The notes: generated by a model from the letters alone, not told the origin. 56,233 nucleotides of DNA from Candidatus Latescibacterota bacterium (GCA_042572165.1 JBHPFF010000003.1:1-56233), one strand, 5' to 3'; positions 38,845-50,088 are shown, counted from the stretch's first letter. A program made the numbers and translations.

Positions 38845-39723
38845 ATGCTTAAGCTCCAAGGTACGTATACCGCAATGGTCACGCCATTCAAGGAAGGCCA
38901 TATAAATGAAGCAAAACTACAAGAGATGGTTGAATTTCAGATCAAGAACGGTGTTTCGGGTCTGGTGCCCGTGGGTACAACCGGTGAATCGCCGACACTC
39001 AGCCATGATGAACATCGAAAAGTCATTGACATTGTCATAAAAACTGTAAATGGCAGAGTTTCTGTAATAGCGGGGACAGGCTCCAACAATACGACCGAAG
39101 CCATAAGTCTTACTCAATTTGCCCAAAAAGCGGGTGCAGATGGGGCTCTACTCATTACTCCCTATTACAACCGGCCATCACAAACCGGTCTAATAAACCA
39201 CTACAGGGCTGTTGCCGAAAACTGCGATCTTCCGCTTATTATATACAATTGTCCGGGACGCACTGCTGTCAACACCTCTGCCGAAACAATTGTTAAATTA
39301 TCTGAAATACCTACAATTATCGGAATAAAAGAAGCTTCCGGTTCCATAGATCAAATCTGTGAAATTATCAATCGCACATCCTATGATTTCTCTGTTCTTT
39401 CGGGTGACGATTCGATGACAGTCCCAATTATATCAGTGGGTGGTAAAGGTGTGATCAGTGTTACTTCAAATATTGTGCCTAAAAAGATGTCTGATATGGC
39501 CGATGCTGCCCTGAAAGGTAATTTCCATGAGGCGCGTGATATCCATTCGGAGCTTTTCCCCCTCATGAGACTTCTTATGAAAGCCGAAACGAATCCCTCT
39601 CCGGTTAAATCAGCTATGAATATACTGGGAATGGATGTCGGACCTGTTCGACTTCCACTGACAGAACCCTCAGATGAAAATAAAAAACAGATTGAAAAGC
39701 TGTTGAAAGCTATTGATTTTTAG
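38845..39723 (+). CDS. dapA: 4-hydroxy-tetrahydrodipicolinate synthase
   Basis: GTTGES, PYYNRP, YNCPGRT, GIKEASG, SGDD, ETNP. Confidence 0.98.
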   Translation: MLKLQGTYTAMVTPFKEGHINEAKLQEMVEFQIKNGVSGLVPVGTTGESPTLSHDEHRKVIDIVIKTVNGRVSVIAGTGSNNTTEAISLTQFAQKAGADGALLITPYYNRPSQTGLINHYRAVAENCDLPLIIYNCPGRTAVNTSAETIVKLSEIPTIIGIKEASGSIDQICEIINRTSYDFSVLSGDDSMTVPIISVGGKGVISVTSNIVPKKMSDMADAALKGNFHEARDIHSELFPLMRLLMKAETNPSPVKSAMNILGMDVGPVRLPLTEPSDENKKQIEKLLKAIDF

Positions 39724-39764
39724 TCACAGTTAAAAGTTGAAAAATAAATTTAAGTAAAACAGAA

Positions 39765-40580
39765 ATGAATGAGAAGAAACACATAAAGCTTGTGATGAAC
39801 GGGGCTCTTGGAAGAATGGGCAGAAAAATTATTTCTCTTGCCTCCAAAGATCCCGATATTGCAATAACCGGCGCTGTCGACCTTAACGATGAACTCGTTG
39901 GTCAGGATATTGGTCAGATAATCGGTATCGGCACATTGGGAGTTTCCCTTGTCAACGACCTATCCAGAGCTATAACACGGGATAATGTTGTGGTAGATTT
40001 CACAGGGCCAAAAACAACTCTAGCCGCTGCCTCCCTGTGCAAAAAAACCAAAACACCCCTGGTTATCGGAACAACCGGTTTAAATAGCGAGGAATATAAA
40101 GAATTAAAAAGACTGGTCTCTTCAATTCCATGCGTCTTTGCGCCTAATATGAGTGTTGGAGTCAATCTCCTCTTCAAGCTTGCAGGAGTAACTGCAAGAA
40201 TTCTCGGAAATGAATACGATGTGGAAATAACTGAGACTCATCACAGATTTAAAAAGGACGCACCGTCAGGCACAGCTCACCACCTTGGAGAAATCATCGC
40301 TGAAACACTTTCGAGAAACCTCGACGAGCAGGCTGTCTACGGGAGGCATGGTATTATCGGGGAAAGAACGACCGGCGAAATCGGGATTCACTCTCTGCGT
40401 GTGGGTGATGTGGTTGGTGAACATACTGTTACGTTCGGTACTCCAGGTGAACGCATAGAACTTACACATAAAGCACAATCGCGTGATGCTTTTGCACGCG
40501 GAACCATCAGAGCTGTAAAATTCGTCTTTAATGCAGATCCGGGATTGTACGATATGCAGGATGTTCTCGGATTGAAATGA
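39765..40580 (+). CDS. dapB: 4-hydroxy-tetrahydrodipicolinate reductase
   Basis: GALGRMG, GTTG, ETHHRFKKDAPSGTA. Confidence 0.98.
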   Translation: MNEKKHIKLVMNGALGRMGRKIISLASKDPDIAITGAVDLNDELVGQDIGQIIGIGTLGVSLVNDLSRAITRDNVVVDFTGPKTTLAAASLCKKTKTPLVIGTTGLNSEEYKELKRLVSSIPCVFAPNMSVGVNLLFKLAGVTARILGNEYDVEITETHHRFKKDAPSGTAHHLGEIIAETLSRNLDEQAVYGRHGIIGERTTGEIGIHSLRVGDVVGEHTVTFGTPGERIELTHKAQSRDAFARGTIRAVKFVFNADPGLYDMQDVLGLK

Positions 40581-40747
40581 TTATTCACAGTTAATGCCTG
40601 CCCTGTTTATATTTTTTTAATAGCCCATTAAGTTAAAACCGCAAATAAGACTTTTATTAAATACAGTCCCCCTCTGGGGGATTTGCTGAGCTAAATTTAT
40701 AAGCATATTTTATTATCTACTCTGATTTTGAATAAAGGAGGTAGTTG

Positions 40748-41843
40748 ATGTCACCTGCAATACAAAGAATTGAAGAATTACGCAGCAAACTCGATGAACT
40801 CAGGAGGCATCTTTGACATAGACAAGAAAAAAGAAGAACTTAATATACTCTATGCAAAAAGAGATGCTCCCGATTTCTGGAATGATCAACGTTCCGCACA
40901 GTCAGTGATCGACAAGATCACCCTCATGGAAAAACCGTTAAAAACATTGGAAATGCTGCAGTCATCACTGGAGGATATTTCTGTCCTCAACGAGCTTGCA
41001 GAAGAAGAACAGGACGAAAAAACTTTTACTGAGGTTGCCTCCACACTTGACTCCATCGAAAATGATATTGCCGATTTCGAGTTCCGCCTTATCCTCGGCG
41101 GACCCGATGATAATAAAAATGCCATTGTTTCAATAAACTCAGGTGCCGGCGGCACCGAAAGCCAGGATTGGGCGCAGATGCTTTTGAGAATGTATCTCCG
41201 CTGGATAGAAAGAAAGGATTTTGACTATAAAGAACTCGACGTTCAACCGGGTCAGGAGGCAGGGATCAAAAGTGTGACCATTCTCGTTAAAGGAGAATAT
41301 GCGTACGGCTACCTGAAAGCCGAAAACGGAGTCCATCGCCTTGTTCGAATCAGTCCTTTCGACTCCAACGCACGGCGTCACACATCGTTTGCATCAGTCA
41401 CAGTCCTTCCAGAAATAGAAGACGATGTTGAGATTGAAATCGACGAAAAAGACCTCAAAATCGATGTGTACCGAGCCTCGGGCGCAGGCGGTCAGCATGT
41501 CAACAAAACCTCATCGGCGGTACGTATCACCCATGTGCCGACGGGCATTGTAGTTCAGTGCCAGAATGAGAGAAGCCAGTTCAAAAACAAGGCTTTTGCA
41601 ATGAAAGTGCTGAGATCGCGGCTATACAAGCTACATCTCGAGGAAGAAGAAAAGAAAATGGCGGAATATACCAAGGATCAGAAGAAAATCGAATGGGGCA
41701 GCCAGATCCGCTCTTACGTCTTCCATCCATATAACATGGTAAAGGACCTGAGAACCGAGGTTGAGACATCAAACATCCAGGCTGTAATGGACGGTGATAT
41801 TGATCAGTTTATTAACTCGTATCTCACCAATAGTATTCATTGA
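40748..41843 (+). CDS. prfB: Peptide chain release factor 2 (programmed +1 frameshift, 364 aa)
   Basis: SD AAGGAGG + ATG 40748; AGGAGG-CAT-CTT-TGA-C at 40802-40817; SPF and GGQ motifs. Confidence 0.98.
40802..40817 (+). promoter_or_regulatory. RF2 autoregulatory frameshift site
   Basis: Internal SD AGGAGG, 3 nt, CTT TGA C. Confidence 0.97.
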
Positions 41844-41869
41844 TAATATTAAGAGATTTTTCTTTTATT

Positions 41870-43315
41870 TCAATTCCATGGTGCGTTCTCTAATTTTTTC
41901 GTTTTTGGGGCAAGGTTAAAAATACGCTTGGCATTTCCATGCATCAGTGGATCGACCAATTCTAAAGCATTGTCCATACTCATCCACCCCTCTTCAACTA
42001 ATTCCGACAAAGCCAGGGCAATACCCCGTCTTGCGATAACTGCATGTCCAAGAACCGGTTCCACAGGAATATAATCCCCGCCGAATGTCACTATTTTATT
42101 TGCCGGTGCGGTAAAAAGATATTTCTTTAAAAAGTCTTTTGCAGCAACGGGATTTATTATCCATGACCAGCACATGTCAACATGAGCATTGGTATATTGT
42201 TTTGCGATAGAGATCATCTCTTCGTAATAAGGATAACAGATATGCATAAACACAAATGTCGTTTCCGGCGAAACAGCACACAAATCCGTGGCGGAGCCGG
42301 GATTGTTGATTAGCCGTGAAAGTGGCATCCGGTTACATCCGGCGTAATATCCGGTATGTAATTTAACCGGCAGCCCGCTTTCGGTCGATTTTCTCACCGC
42401 ATACCAGAATAAATGATCCTCAAGCGCCTTCTGTTCTTCAGCGGTGAGAGAGTCGCCGTTAAGTCTTATTTTGAAAATGGATTCCACTTTTTCTGCGGGA
42501 ATATCCTCATAGTTAATGTCCCGACTGTACGCATTTTGTGATTTAGCTGCAACGGCATAAGCACTGTAGGTATTGAACCACCAGTCAATGACTCTGTGCC
42601 AGTCTTCAAGAGAACTAACGTTAATACCAGTGGGTTCTCCGAATTGTTTAAATCCCGGACCGGCAAACATTCCAACAATACTTATATCCTGCATGAGAAG
42701 AGAGGGCATGGAGGATTCCATGAAGGGAGTGCCCTCGAGGCTGTTCACCTGACATGATTCGATATTTGCAAGGTCACATAAAATGTGCTTATAGAATCCC
42801 GCACGGCGGACTTTTTCATATCCGGTTTGTACTTTTCGGATTGTTTTTCCAGAAAGCTCATCAACACCATACAGTTCCTTTATCGCAATGCGAACTGCCT
42901 GCCCATAAGCCGTGTTCTTTATCGCAGGCCAATATGGTTCAAGCAACGGCCACTTGTCAATCGGTTCAATTTCAGGAGAGAAAAACCTGTCGTAATCCTT
43001 TCGGGACATACCAGCTGTTAGCATATCAGAATCAAGATAATGGCATAAAACCATAGTCCAATCGTCACTTTTTACCCTATTGTGTGATGTTCCGGCAAAA
43101 CGCCCCTTTTCTTCAATCAGGTGCTCATGAGTGTCAATAAACGGTGTTTGTAAAACCTTGCGAAAAAGTTCTTTTCGAACATCATTCATTTCCAGAGGAT
43201 TTGCGATGGGTTCTTCTTTACTATAAACACTTTTCGCACCCATAACAGTCAGAGCGCCGGCAGCGCCAATTCCTTTCAGGCCGGATCTTCGCGGTATCCC
43301 TTTTTTACTCTTCAT
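41870..43315 (-). CDS. Amidohydrolase superfamily protein (uronate isomerase-like), possible Tat signal
   Basis: IDTHEH, KLHTG, FMH, FGGD; PRRSGLK leader. Confidence 0.85.
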   Translation of the reverse strand: MKSKKGIPRRSGLKGIGAAGALTVMGAKSVYSKEEPIANPLEMNDVRKELFRKVLQTPFIDTHEHLIEEKGRFAGTSHNRVKSDDWTMVLCHYLDSDMLTAGMSRKDYDRFFSPEIEPIDKWPLLEPYWPAIKNTAYGQAVRIAIKELYGVDELSGKTIRKVQTGYEKVRRAGFYKHILCDLANIESCQVNSLEGTPFMESSMPSLLMQDISIVGMFAGPGFKQFGEPTGINVSSLEDWHRVIDWWFNTYSAYAVAAKSQNAYSRDINYEDIPAEKVESIFKIRLNGDSLTAEEQKALEDHLFWYAVRKSTESGLPVKLHTGYYAGCNRMPLSRLINNPGSATDLCAVSPETTFVFMHICYPYYEEMISIAKQYTNAHVDMCWSWIINPVAAKDFLKKYLFTAPANKIVTFGGDYIPVEPVLGHAVIARRGIALALSELVEEGWMSMDNALELVDPLMHGNAKRIFNLAPKTKKLENAPWN

Positions 43316-43389
43316 GGCTTCTAACCTCTTTACCAACTGAAGAAAACGCTGAGATGCACCTAGCACCTTTTCTTATCAGATATATTCAT

Positions 43390-44520
43390 TCATTTTTTTC
43401 TATCTTCCAGAAACTGACGTGAAATATTTATCATATGATCTATACGTTCATTTTCGGCGGCTTTCCCGAAATGGGCTACACGGAAAGAAACTGTTGTTTC
43501 CTCATTATTTTTCCGGAAACCCCACCCCACCATGGTGTTGTGTTTTTTTATGAAATAGGTGCGAGCGTCATCAGCGGGGATATTGTCTGGAGCAATAATT
43601 TCTGTCACCACGGGTGATGCATATTTCGGATCTGCAGGCACTGTGAAACCAAGTTCAGCCATTCCTTTTTTGAGGCGCTCTCCCGCGCTACGGAAACGCT
43701 CCTGGCGATTTTCAATGCCCTCTTCGGTGATACGGTCGACTATCCAGTCCAGTGCATACAGCATAGTAGTGGCTCCGGTTACCGGCTGTGGGTGAAAGTC
43801 GTGCATCTCGATAAATGCTTTCTTCCATGTCTGAAAATCGAGAACCCAGGGGATACGGCGGTTTTTCATGGTGTCCATGTATTCCCAGGCACGCCTGCCG
43901 ACTGCCACCGGTGCAAGACCGGGAGGAAGCTCGAGACACTTCTGTGATGCGCCTGCGACAACATCAGCCCCCGCATCGTCCATGTCGATGACAACGCCGC
44001 CAACACCCGATATCGAGTCGACAAGCAGCAGCGCATCAAATTCACGTGCGATTGAACCGATCGGCGGTATCGGATTCACTATTGCGGTTGAACTCTCGTT
44101 ATGCGTCATATAAATGAACTGATGACGTTTCCTTTTCATTTCATCAAGGACTTTATCCGGGTCTATTGCTGCACCCCATTCTCCTTTAACAAGTGTATAG
44201 GGCACACCTAAATTTTTCAGGTTTTTTTCAGCATATCCGCCAAAGAGACCGTTATCAATGACCAGCACTTCATCCTCAGGCGTGCAGAGGCTTGCCAGCA
44301 TCATGTTTACAGCACAGGTACCGCTGCCGTTCGGGATAAATACGTAACCGTCATTAATCCCGAAAACATACCTGGTCTTATCAACCAGTATGTGGTAAAA
44401 CTCAGGAAAATCATAATCATAATGGGGAAAAACCGGCATACCACACCTTCTCAGCACCTCATCGGGAGGATCCATCGGTCCGGGAATCATTAAAAGAGGT
44501 TTGTTCATAGAATTCGACAT
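43390..44520 (-). CDS. Class V PLP aminotransferase (serine-pyruvate/alanine-glyoxylate type)
   Basis: LMIPGP, THNESST, VDSIS, ASQKCL..PPG. Confidence 0.92.
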   Translation of the reverse strand: MSNSMNKPLLMIPGPMDPPDEVLRRCGMPVFPHYDYDFPEFYHILVDKTRYVFGINDGYVFIPNGSGTCAVNMMLASLCTPEDEVLVIDNGLFGGYAEKNLKNLGVPYTLVKGEWGAAIDPDKVLDEMKRKRHQFIYMTHNESSTAIVNPIPPIGSIAREFDALLLVDSISGVGGVVIDMDDAGADVVAGASQKCLELPPGLAPVAVGRRAWEYMDTMKNRRIPWVLDFQTWKKAFIEMHDFHPQPVTGATTMLYALDWIVDRITEEGIENRQERFRSAGERLKKGMAELGFTVPADPKYASPVVTEIIAPDNIPADDARTYFIKKHNTMVGWGFRKNNEETTVSFRVAHFGKAAENERIDHMINISRQFLEDRKK

Positions 44521-44540
44521 ACATTTTCTCCTCATCAGAG

Positions 44541-46019
44541 TTAGATGTTATCCAGAGGAAATACAGGACGTTTTATCTTATTAAAGGTGAAATTACGCAA
44601 ATTAGAAGAGGAATATCCCGGAGTATCACTCTGAATATAGCTGTTAACAACCGGCGGCTTGTAAGCCTCTCTGAACGCAAGCCCTCCCTTGCATACGGTC
44701 ATACGGTAATCCTCGGGATATACACCAATGGAATTAGCATGCATAATGTTGTTCGGTGAAAATCTTTCCGATGTAACAACAATCGTGATACCACCGGAAT
44801 CAATCCGGGCAGACAGGCCGTTATTTTCAACTACTCCGGCAGAATAACCACCCCATGCGCGGTTCAGATAGATACCATCGGTAAGAGCCCTGACATTACC
44901 TGTAATTGTCACCGGCGGACCGTAGAGGGAATCGGATTTACCGCCAACTTCGAGTGTTACCTGTGCACCTATGCCAGCCTCCGCTGCCTTTAAAGCCGCC
45001 TCAGGATCGCAGAGCTGAACAAATGCGCTGTCAACACCCTGTTTCAGTATTTCATGGAGCAGCGCTGACCCATCACCCGGCGTACCTCCACCTATGTTGT
45101 CACCTGAATCGGCAATAGCTACAGGTGGATTTTCCGATGCCATCGCAAGTCTCACAGTTTCCGCAGGATCGGACAAATCCACAAGATATTCCTTCCTGAA
45201 TGAAAACAGCATATCCGCAAGTTCTTCTGCACATTTCTGCCCCAGTTCCCGGTCGTTATCAGTTGTAACTGCAACTCCAACACCCGCAAACGGCACATCC
45301 TGCTGCATGAAACCTTGGGCAGGGCATGCGGCGATTACTCCCGCGATTGTTTCTTCCATTTCCCTCGCACGTTCCATAACACGTTTCATGGGCATGTCAA
45401 CTGGCAGAACGTTCTGGGGAGGTCCGATAAGAAGCGGTCTCTTTGCGATACTTACAACGGATTTTATTTCACCCTCAAGAATCCTCAACATGATAGATGC
45501 AGCCTCATGACCGCGTTCCGCCATATCCATGTGCGGATAGGTACGGTAAACAGTCATCGCATCGGCGTTTTCACCCATTAAAGGCGTAAGTGTAGCGTGC
45601 AGATCGAGTGTGATGACTATGGGGATTGAGGAGCCTGCTTTCTTACGAATACTTTTAAGGATGAATCCCTCACCATCATCATGTTCCTGTGAAACCATCG
45701 CACCATGCAGCGACAGGAGAACACCATCAACCTGTGTCGTATCCAGCGTATCAAGAATGCAGGAAAGAGCTATTTCAAGAGCCTCGGTTGTGACAAGTCC
45801 TGATGGATACGGGGAGGCATGTACAGTAGGGATGATCTTAACGTTGTTTCTTTCAAGGATATCAATAAAACCGCCAATTTCTGTTGCTGTATGACGTCGT
45901 TTTTCTACTATTTCATCTCCAAAGAGCATTCCTCTCAGTTTAAATTCCTCTAATCCTGTCGGATTGGGATTAAAAGTATTTGTTTCATGTAACAGGGAAC
46001 CGACCAAAATCCTTTTCAT
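44541..46019 (-). CDS. MlrC-like M81 metallopeptidase
   Basis: HETNTF, LHGAM, DLHA, YRTYPHMD, DNIGGG. Confidence 0.93.
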   Translation of the reverse strand: MKRILVGSLLHETNTFNPNPTGLEEFKLRGMLFGDEIVEKRRHTATEIGGFIDILERNNVKIIPTVHASPYPSGLVTTEALEIALSCILDTLDTTQVDGVLLSLHGAMVSQEHDDGEGFILKSIRKKAGSSIPIVITLDLHATLTPLMGENADAMTVYRTYPHMDMAERGHEAASIMLRILEGEIKSVVSIAKRPLLIGPPQNVLPVDMPMKRVMERAREMEETIAGVIAACPAQGFMQQDVPFAGVGVAVTTDNDRELGQKCAEELADMLFSFRKEYLVDLSDPAETVRLAMASENPPVAIADSGDNIGGGTPGDGSALLHEILKQGVDSAFVQLCDPEAALKAAEAGIGAQVTLEVGGKSDSLYGPPVTITGNVRALTDGIYLNRAWGGYSAGVVENNGLSARIDSGGITIVVTSERFSPNNIMHANSIGVYPEDYRMTVCKGGLAFREAYKPPVVNSYIQSDTPGYSSSNLRNFTFNKIKRPVFPLDNI

Positions 46020-46252
46020 GGCAATCCTTCTTTTTTTTAAATGAAATAATTCATAAAAAACATGAAGCTGTGGTTTAGATAAATAAACACACAGCTCAAT
46101 AAAAACCCTGAACGCCTCCCTTAATCCCTTCTCTTTTTTAGAGAGGGTTGCAGAGGGATTGAGTTGGATTTTTCGAGTTTAAAATTATATTGGATTAAAA
46201 TTCTTAAATAATTCTGGTTAGATTGAACACCCGTTAAATATTTGTCAAATAT

Positions 46253-46918
46253 CTAAAGTATACCATATTTATCAAACGTTTTAACAACACTTGCACCGGA
46301 ACGCAATTCCTCGCGGACCGTATTTTCTCCCTTTACTTTCTCCCATGCCCTGGTAATAACCTCGTCCGAAATTTCCTCTGGAACAACAACCACTCCATCG
46401 ACATCACCATAAATGAGATCTCCCGGACACACTCTTATTCCCCCACAGATTATTGGAATGTTTCGTTCCTTACCATCCATTCTTCCCTGTGAATCATACG
46501 GAGTAAGTCCTGCGCAAAATGTCGGAAAATTCAACCCGACAATCTCATTGTAATCACGAGCGCCGCCATCCATAACAGCACCGGCGGCTTTTCGACCTAC
46601 CGCAGCATTACTTAAAAGACCGCCCCAGAAGGCAGAGAGTTCGGAAGCACTGCACTGAGCAACAATAACCTGCCCTTCCTTTATATCATCAAGAACCTCC
46701 ATTTCAAGCTGGAATGGCTTTTCCGGCACCTCGGTCACCGTTTCAACATAAACAGTCACAGCCTCGCCCCATGTCTTCATTGCAGGGATGAGAGGCTTAA
46801 TCGCAGGATTCATGCACTGGGTACGGACATTCATGGAATCCATTACATCCATGATAACCGCACTGTAGAGCCTGTCAATCTTATCATTATATTCGAGATA
46901 TTTCATTGTGCTACTCAT
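46253..46918 (-). CDS. RraA-like / HMG aldolase family protein
   Basis: AFWGGLL, DGGARD, PGDLIYGDVDGVVVVP. Confidence 0.9.
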   Translation of the reverse strand: MSSTMKYLEYNDKIDRLYSAVIMDVMDSMNVRTQCMNPAIKPLIPAMKTWGEAVTVYVETVTEVPEKPFQLEMEVLDDIKEGQVIVAQCSASELSAFWGGLLSNAAVGRKAAGAVMDGGARDYNEIVGLNFPTFCAGLTPYDSQGRMDGKERNIPIICGGIRVCPGDLIYGDVDGVVVVPEEISDEVITRAWEKVKGENTVREELRSGASVVKTFDKYGIL

Positions 46919-47714
46919 AACTTTCTTTTTCAGATGGGAATTTCCCTGACCTTACATCATCACAGTACCGTTTCAAACCTGTCAGGGCACTTTCAGACAG
47001 TTCTGCATACCTTCGCACGAATGAGGGTTTATATTGACGGAATAAGCCGAGCATATCCGCAGTAACAAGAATTTGACCGTCACAATATCTTCCGGCACCG
47101 ATACCTATTGTGGGTATCGAGAGCTTTTCAGTTATCTCACGACTGAGGCTTTCAGGTATCTTCTCCAGAACTACGGCAAACGCTCCGGCTTCCTCAACTG
47201 CGAGAGCATCGTCTATAACTCTCTGGTGATCGTCCCTGCCCTGAACGCCATATCCGCCGAATACATGAACTGATTGCGGGGTCAGACCGATATGTCCCAA
47301 AACCGGGATACCAATTTCTACTGTGCGTTGAATGATGGATTTGATTCTGACTCCTCCCTCAAGTTTTACTGCTTTGCATCCCGTGTTTTTGAGTATGTAT
47401 CCGGCATTTTTCAATGACTCCTCAAGGCTGACCTGAAAACTCATGAACGGCATGTCAACCACGACGAACGAGCGTTTTACCAACCTTGCCACAATTTCCC
47501 CGTGATAGACCATTTGGTCAATCGTTACCGGTAGTGTTGTTTCACGTCCCTGGAACACATTGCCAAGAGAATCACCGACAAGTATCAGGTCTATACCGGC
47601 TTCGTCCAAAAGCGATGCAAAAAGAAAATCATAAGCTGTAAGAGCCGTGATCCGGATACCTTCTTTTTTCATACGATAAAAATCTTTTATAGTCATCGGT
47701 TTTCCCGTCATCAC
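46911..47714 (-). CDS. panB: 3-methyl-2-oxobutanoate hydroxymethyltransferase
   Basis: LTAYD, LVGDSLG, VKLEGG, GHIGLTPQ, TIGIGAG. Confidence 0.98.
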   Translation of the reverse strand: MMTGKPMTIKDFYRMKKEGIRITALTAYDFLFASLLDEAGIDLILVGDSLGNVFQGRETTLPVTIDQMVYHGEIVARLVKRSFVVVDMPFMSFQVSLEESLKNAGYILKNTGCKAVKLEGGVRIKSIIQRTVEIGIPVLGHIGLTPQSVHVFGGYGVQGRDDHQRVIDDALAVEEAGAFAVVLEKIPESLSREITEKLSIPTIGIGAGRYCDGQILVTADMLGLFRQYKPSFVRRYAELSESALTGLKRYCDDVRSGKFPSEKESYE

Positions 47715-48421
47715 ATACCTCTCGGATGATAAAAATATATTCCGCTGTGGGATTCAACAAGCTTGGAAATCAAATCAGATATATGTTCCTTGTTTTTCAT
47801 AAAATCAACATCATCGGTATTTAAAATAAAAACCGGTGCCAATGAATAGTGGAAAAAGAACTCGTTATAGGCATTATTTAACGCCTCAAGGTATTCATAT
47901 GAAATATTCTGTTCATAATCCCTGCCTCGTTTCCTTATTCGTTCGAGAAGTACTTTTGTTGAAGCCTGTAAATATAAAACAAGATCAGGGGGATTTACTT
48001 TCGGTTCCAGAACATTTATGACAGTATTATAGAGTTCAAGTTCATCATCATCAAGAGTAACAGAAGCAAATATCCGGTCTTTTTGAAAAATAAAGTCCGC
48101 AACAAGCGGTGAGTGAAAAAGATCTGGTAAAGGCATCTCAAGCTGTTTTTTAAAACGTGAAATCAAAAAGTAAAGCTGTGTCTTGAAAGCGTTGGCACGT
48201 TGAGCACTATAAAAATCCCTGATAAAAGGATTGGATTCAAAATCCTCAAGATACGGCCTCCCGCCAAGCTGTTCAGCAATAAGGGTGCATAAACTCGTTT
48301 TGCCAACACCAATGACACCTTCAACAGCAATATAATGATAGGGACATTTTATCTTTTTTTCTTCCACGTTTTTCAAAATCCTTTTGTAAATATAACTCCT
48401 TTTTACCCTGAAAACGTTCAC
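47711..48421 (-). CDS. Deoxynucleoside kinase family protein
   Basis: EGVIGVGKTSL P-loop, RGRDYE, YLEAL. Confidence 0.92.
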   Translation of the reverse strand: MNVFRVKRSYIYKRILKNVEEKKIKCPYHYIAVEGVIGVGKTSLCTLIAEQLGGRPYLEDFESNPFIRDFYSAQRANAFKTQLYFLISRFKKQLEMPLPDLFHSPLVADFIFQKDRIFASVTLDDDELELYNTVINVLEPKVNPPDLVLYLQASTKVLLERIRKRGRDYEQNISYEYLEALNNAYNEFFFHYSLAPVFILNTDDVDFMKNKEHISDLISKLVESHSGIYFYHPRGM

Positions 48422-48915
48422 AAATTAATATTAAGGAAATGCGTTCTTTTTACTCCTGATTCCCCAACCCTTTCCAGAAGCTCGTTAATTGTCAGTCCCA
48501 TGACGGGATGAATAAAATCCGGTATAATATCTGTAAGCGGTTTTAAAACAAACGCCCTCTTGTGCAGTAACGAATGAGGGATAGTCATCGAGGGTGTAGA
48601 TATAATCATTTCACCGTAAAATAATATATCTATATCAATTATCCTTGGTCCCCAATGAACTTCTCTCACTCTGCCCATATCCTTTTCTATAGCCAAACAG
48701 ACATATAATAATTCTTTAGCCTCAAGTCCTGTCTCAATCTCTACCGCCATATTAAGAAAATCAGCCTGTTCATGACCGCCTACAGGCATTGTCTCATATA
48801 CACCGGAGATATTGATCACCCCGATTTGGTCGGTATGTTTCAGACGATTAACCGCTTCCTTCAAATGTACTGTTCTCTCACCCCTATTAGAACCAATCCC
48901 CAGATATGCCCTCAC
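48418..48915 (-). CDS. folK: HPPK (dihydropteridine diphosphokinase)
   Basis: YLGIGSN, FLN, WGPRIIDIDIL, RAFVL.PL. Confidence 0.97.
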   Translation of the reverse strand: MRAYLGIGSNRGERTVHLKEAVNRLKHTDQIGVINISGVYETMPVGGHEQADFLNMAVEIETGLEAKELLYVCLAIEKDMGRVREVHWGPRIIDIDILFYGEMIISTPSMTIPHSLLHKRAFVLKPLTDIIPDFIHPVMGLTINELLERVGESGVKRTHFLNINL

Positions 48916-49307
48916 CGGTTTATCTCGCGCCGCAATTCAACCTCAATCGTCTTAAACGGAATGTCAATCGGAGCACGAGGTTTGCGAATACGGACAATCA
49001 ACTCACCCTCATGCACGATGTCACTCAGCTCCTCAATAATAAGTGCTGCCAGCTTTTCAATAAGGCGGCAGTGTTCTCCGTATATGACTTTCCTGACAAT
49101 ATCAACTACAGTAGAATAATCAATTGTATCATCAATCCGGTCGCTTTCAGCGGGACCTGACAAATCCTTAATGATCTCAACATCCACCTCAAAAGGCTGA
49201 GTTAGAGTTTTTTCCTCCGGACGAACGCCATGACGTGCATTGAACATTAAACCTATAATCCGCAGCGTATCTTTCAAAACATCCTCGCGACTTATATCAT
49301 TACTCAA
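48912..49307 (-). CDS. folB: Dihydroneopterin aldolase
   Basis: HGVRPEEK..QPF, DTIDY, LIEKLA, KP.AP. Confidence 0.95.
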   Translation of the reverse strand: MSNDISREDVLKDTLRIIGLMFNARHGVRPEEKTLTQPFEVDVEIIKDLSGPAESDRIDDTIDYSTVVDIVRKVIYGEHCRLIEKLAALIIEELSDIVHEGELIVRIRKPRAPIDIPFKTIEVELRREINR

Positions 49308-49338
49308 ATTTTAATTACAACTTCTGGCCTTTTACTAT

Positions 49339-50088
49339 TTAGTGATATTTCGGTAAAATACCGATAGTTATCCCCAAACCATCAAGGACAAGATAAGGTA
49401 TATGAATCATCTTAAACGGAAGACATTTCAGTAACAGTTCAGCATCTCCTCCGGTTATTACAATCCTTTGAAGAGAACCGGCAGTCTCTGCGGCTTTTTC
49501 GACAAGCTTGGTGATCGCACCCGAATAACCTGTTGAAATTCCGGAAAAAATACATGATTCGGTACTGTTCCCAATTTTCCCGCATGTAACTGATTGAGAA
49601 ACCTCAGGCAAATCAGTTTTTTCGCCGAGTGACCGGAAAAGGACATCAATACCCGGAAATATTAAACCTCCTAAAACAGCTCCACTTTCTGAAACCACAT
49701 CAACTGTCACTGCGGTGCCTGCATCAATAACAACACACGAATCGTTGAAAAAACAATAAGCGGCATGATCAGCGAGTGCACGATCGATTCCCAGAGTTTC
49801 AGGTTTATCATACCGCACATCAAGCCCAATATCATAAGCGTTACGGGCAACAACGAGCTTCCCGGGTGCACAGGAATCCAGAGTCTCAAATAACGGTTCC
49901 CTCCATTGAGAAGCAACAGAGCAAGCAGCAATTTTCTTTAGAGTTCTTCCTCCCAGGAGTTCAGAAATAACATCCGGGAGTGAATCGGTCGATTCCGGAT
50001 ACGGTATGGTTACCGCATCTTTGACCTTTTCGCCATCCCACCATGCAAAATGAAGCTTTGAGTTTCCACTGTCAAAAAGAGCAATCAC
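49339..50088 (-). CDS. coaX: Type III pantothenate kinase
   Basis: DSGNS, LGIDR, VIDAGTAVT, GGLIFPG, TGGD. Confidence 0.93.
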   Translation of the reverse strand: MIALFDSGNSKLHFAWWDGEKVKDAVTIPYPESTDSLPDVISELLGGRTLKKIAACSVASQWREPLFETLDSCAPGKLVVARNAYDIGLDVRYDKPETLGIDRALADHAAYCFFNDSCVVIDAGTAVTVDVVSESGAVLGGLIFPGIDVLFRSLGEKTDLPEVSQSVTCGKIGNSTESCIFSGISTGYSGAITKLVEKAAETAGSLQRIVITGGDAELLLKCLPFKMIHIPYLVLDGLGITIGILPKYH

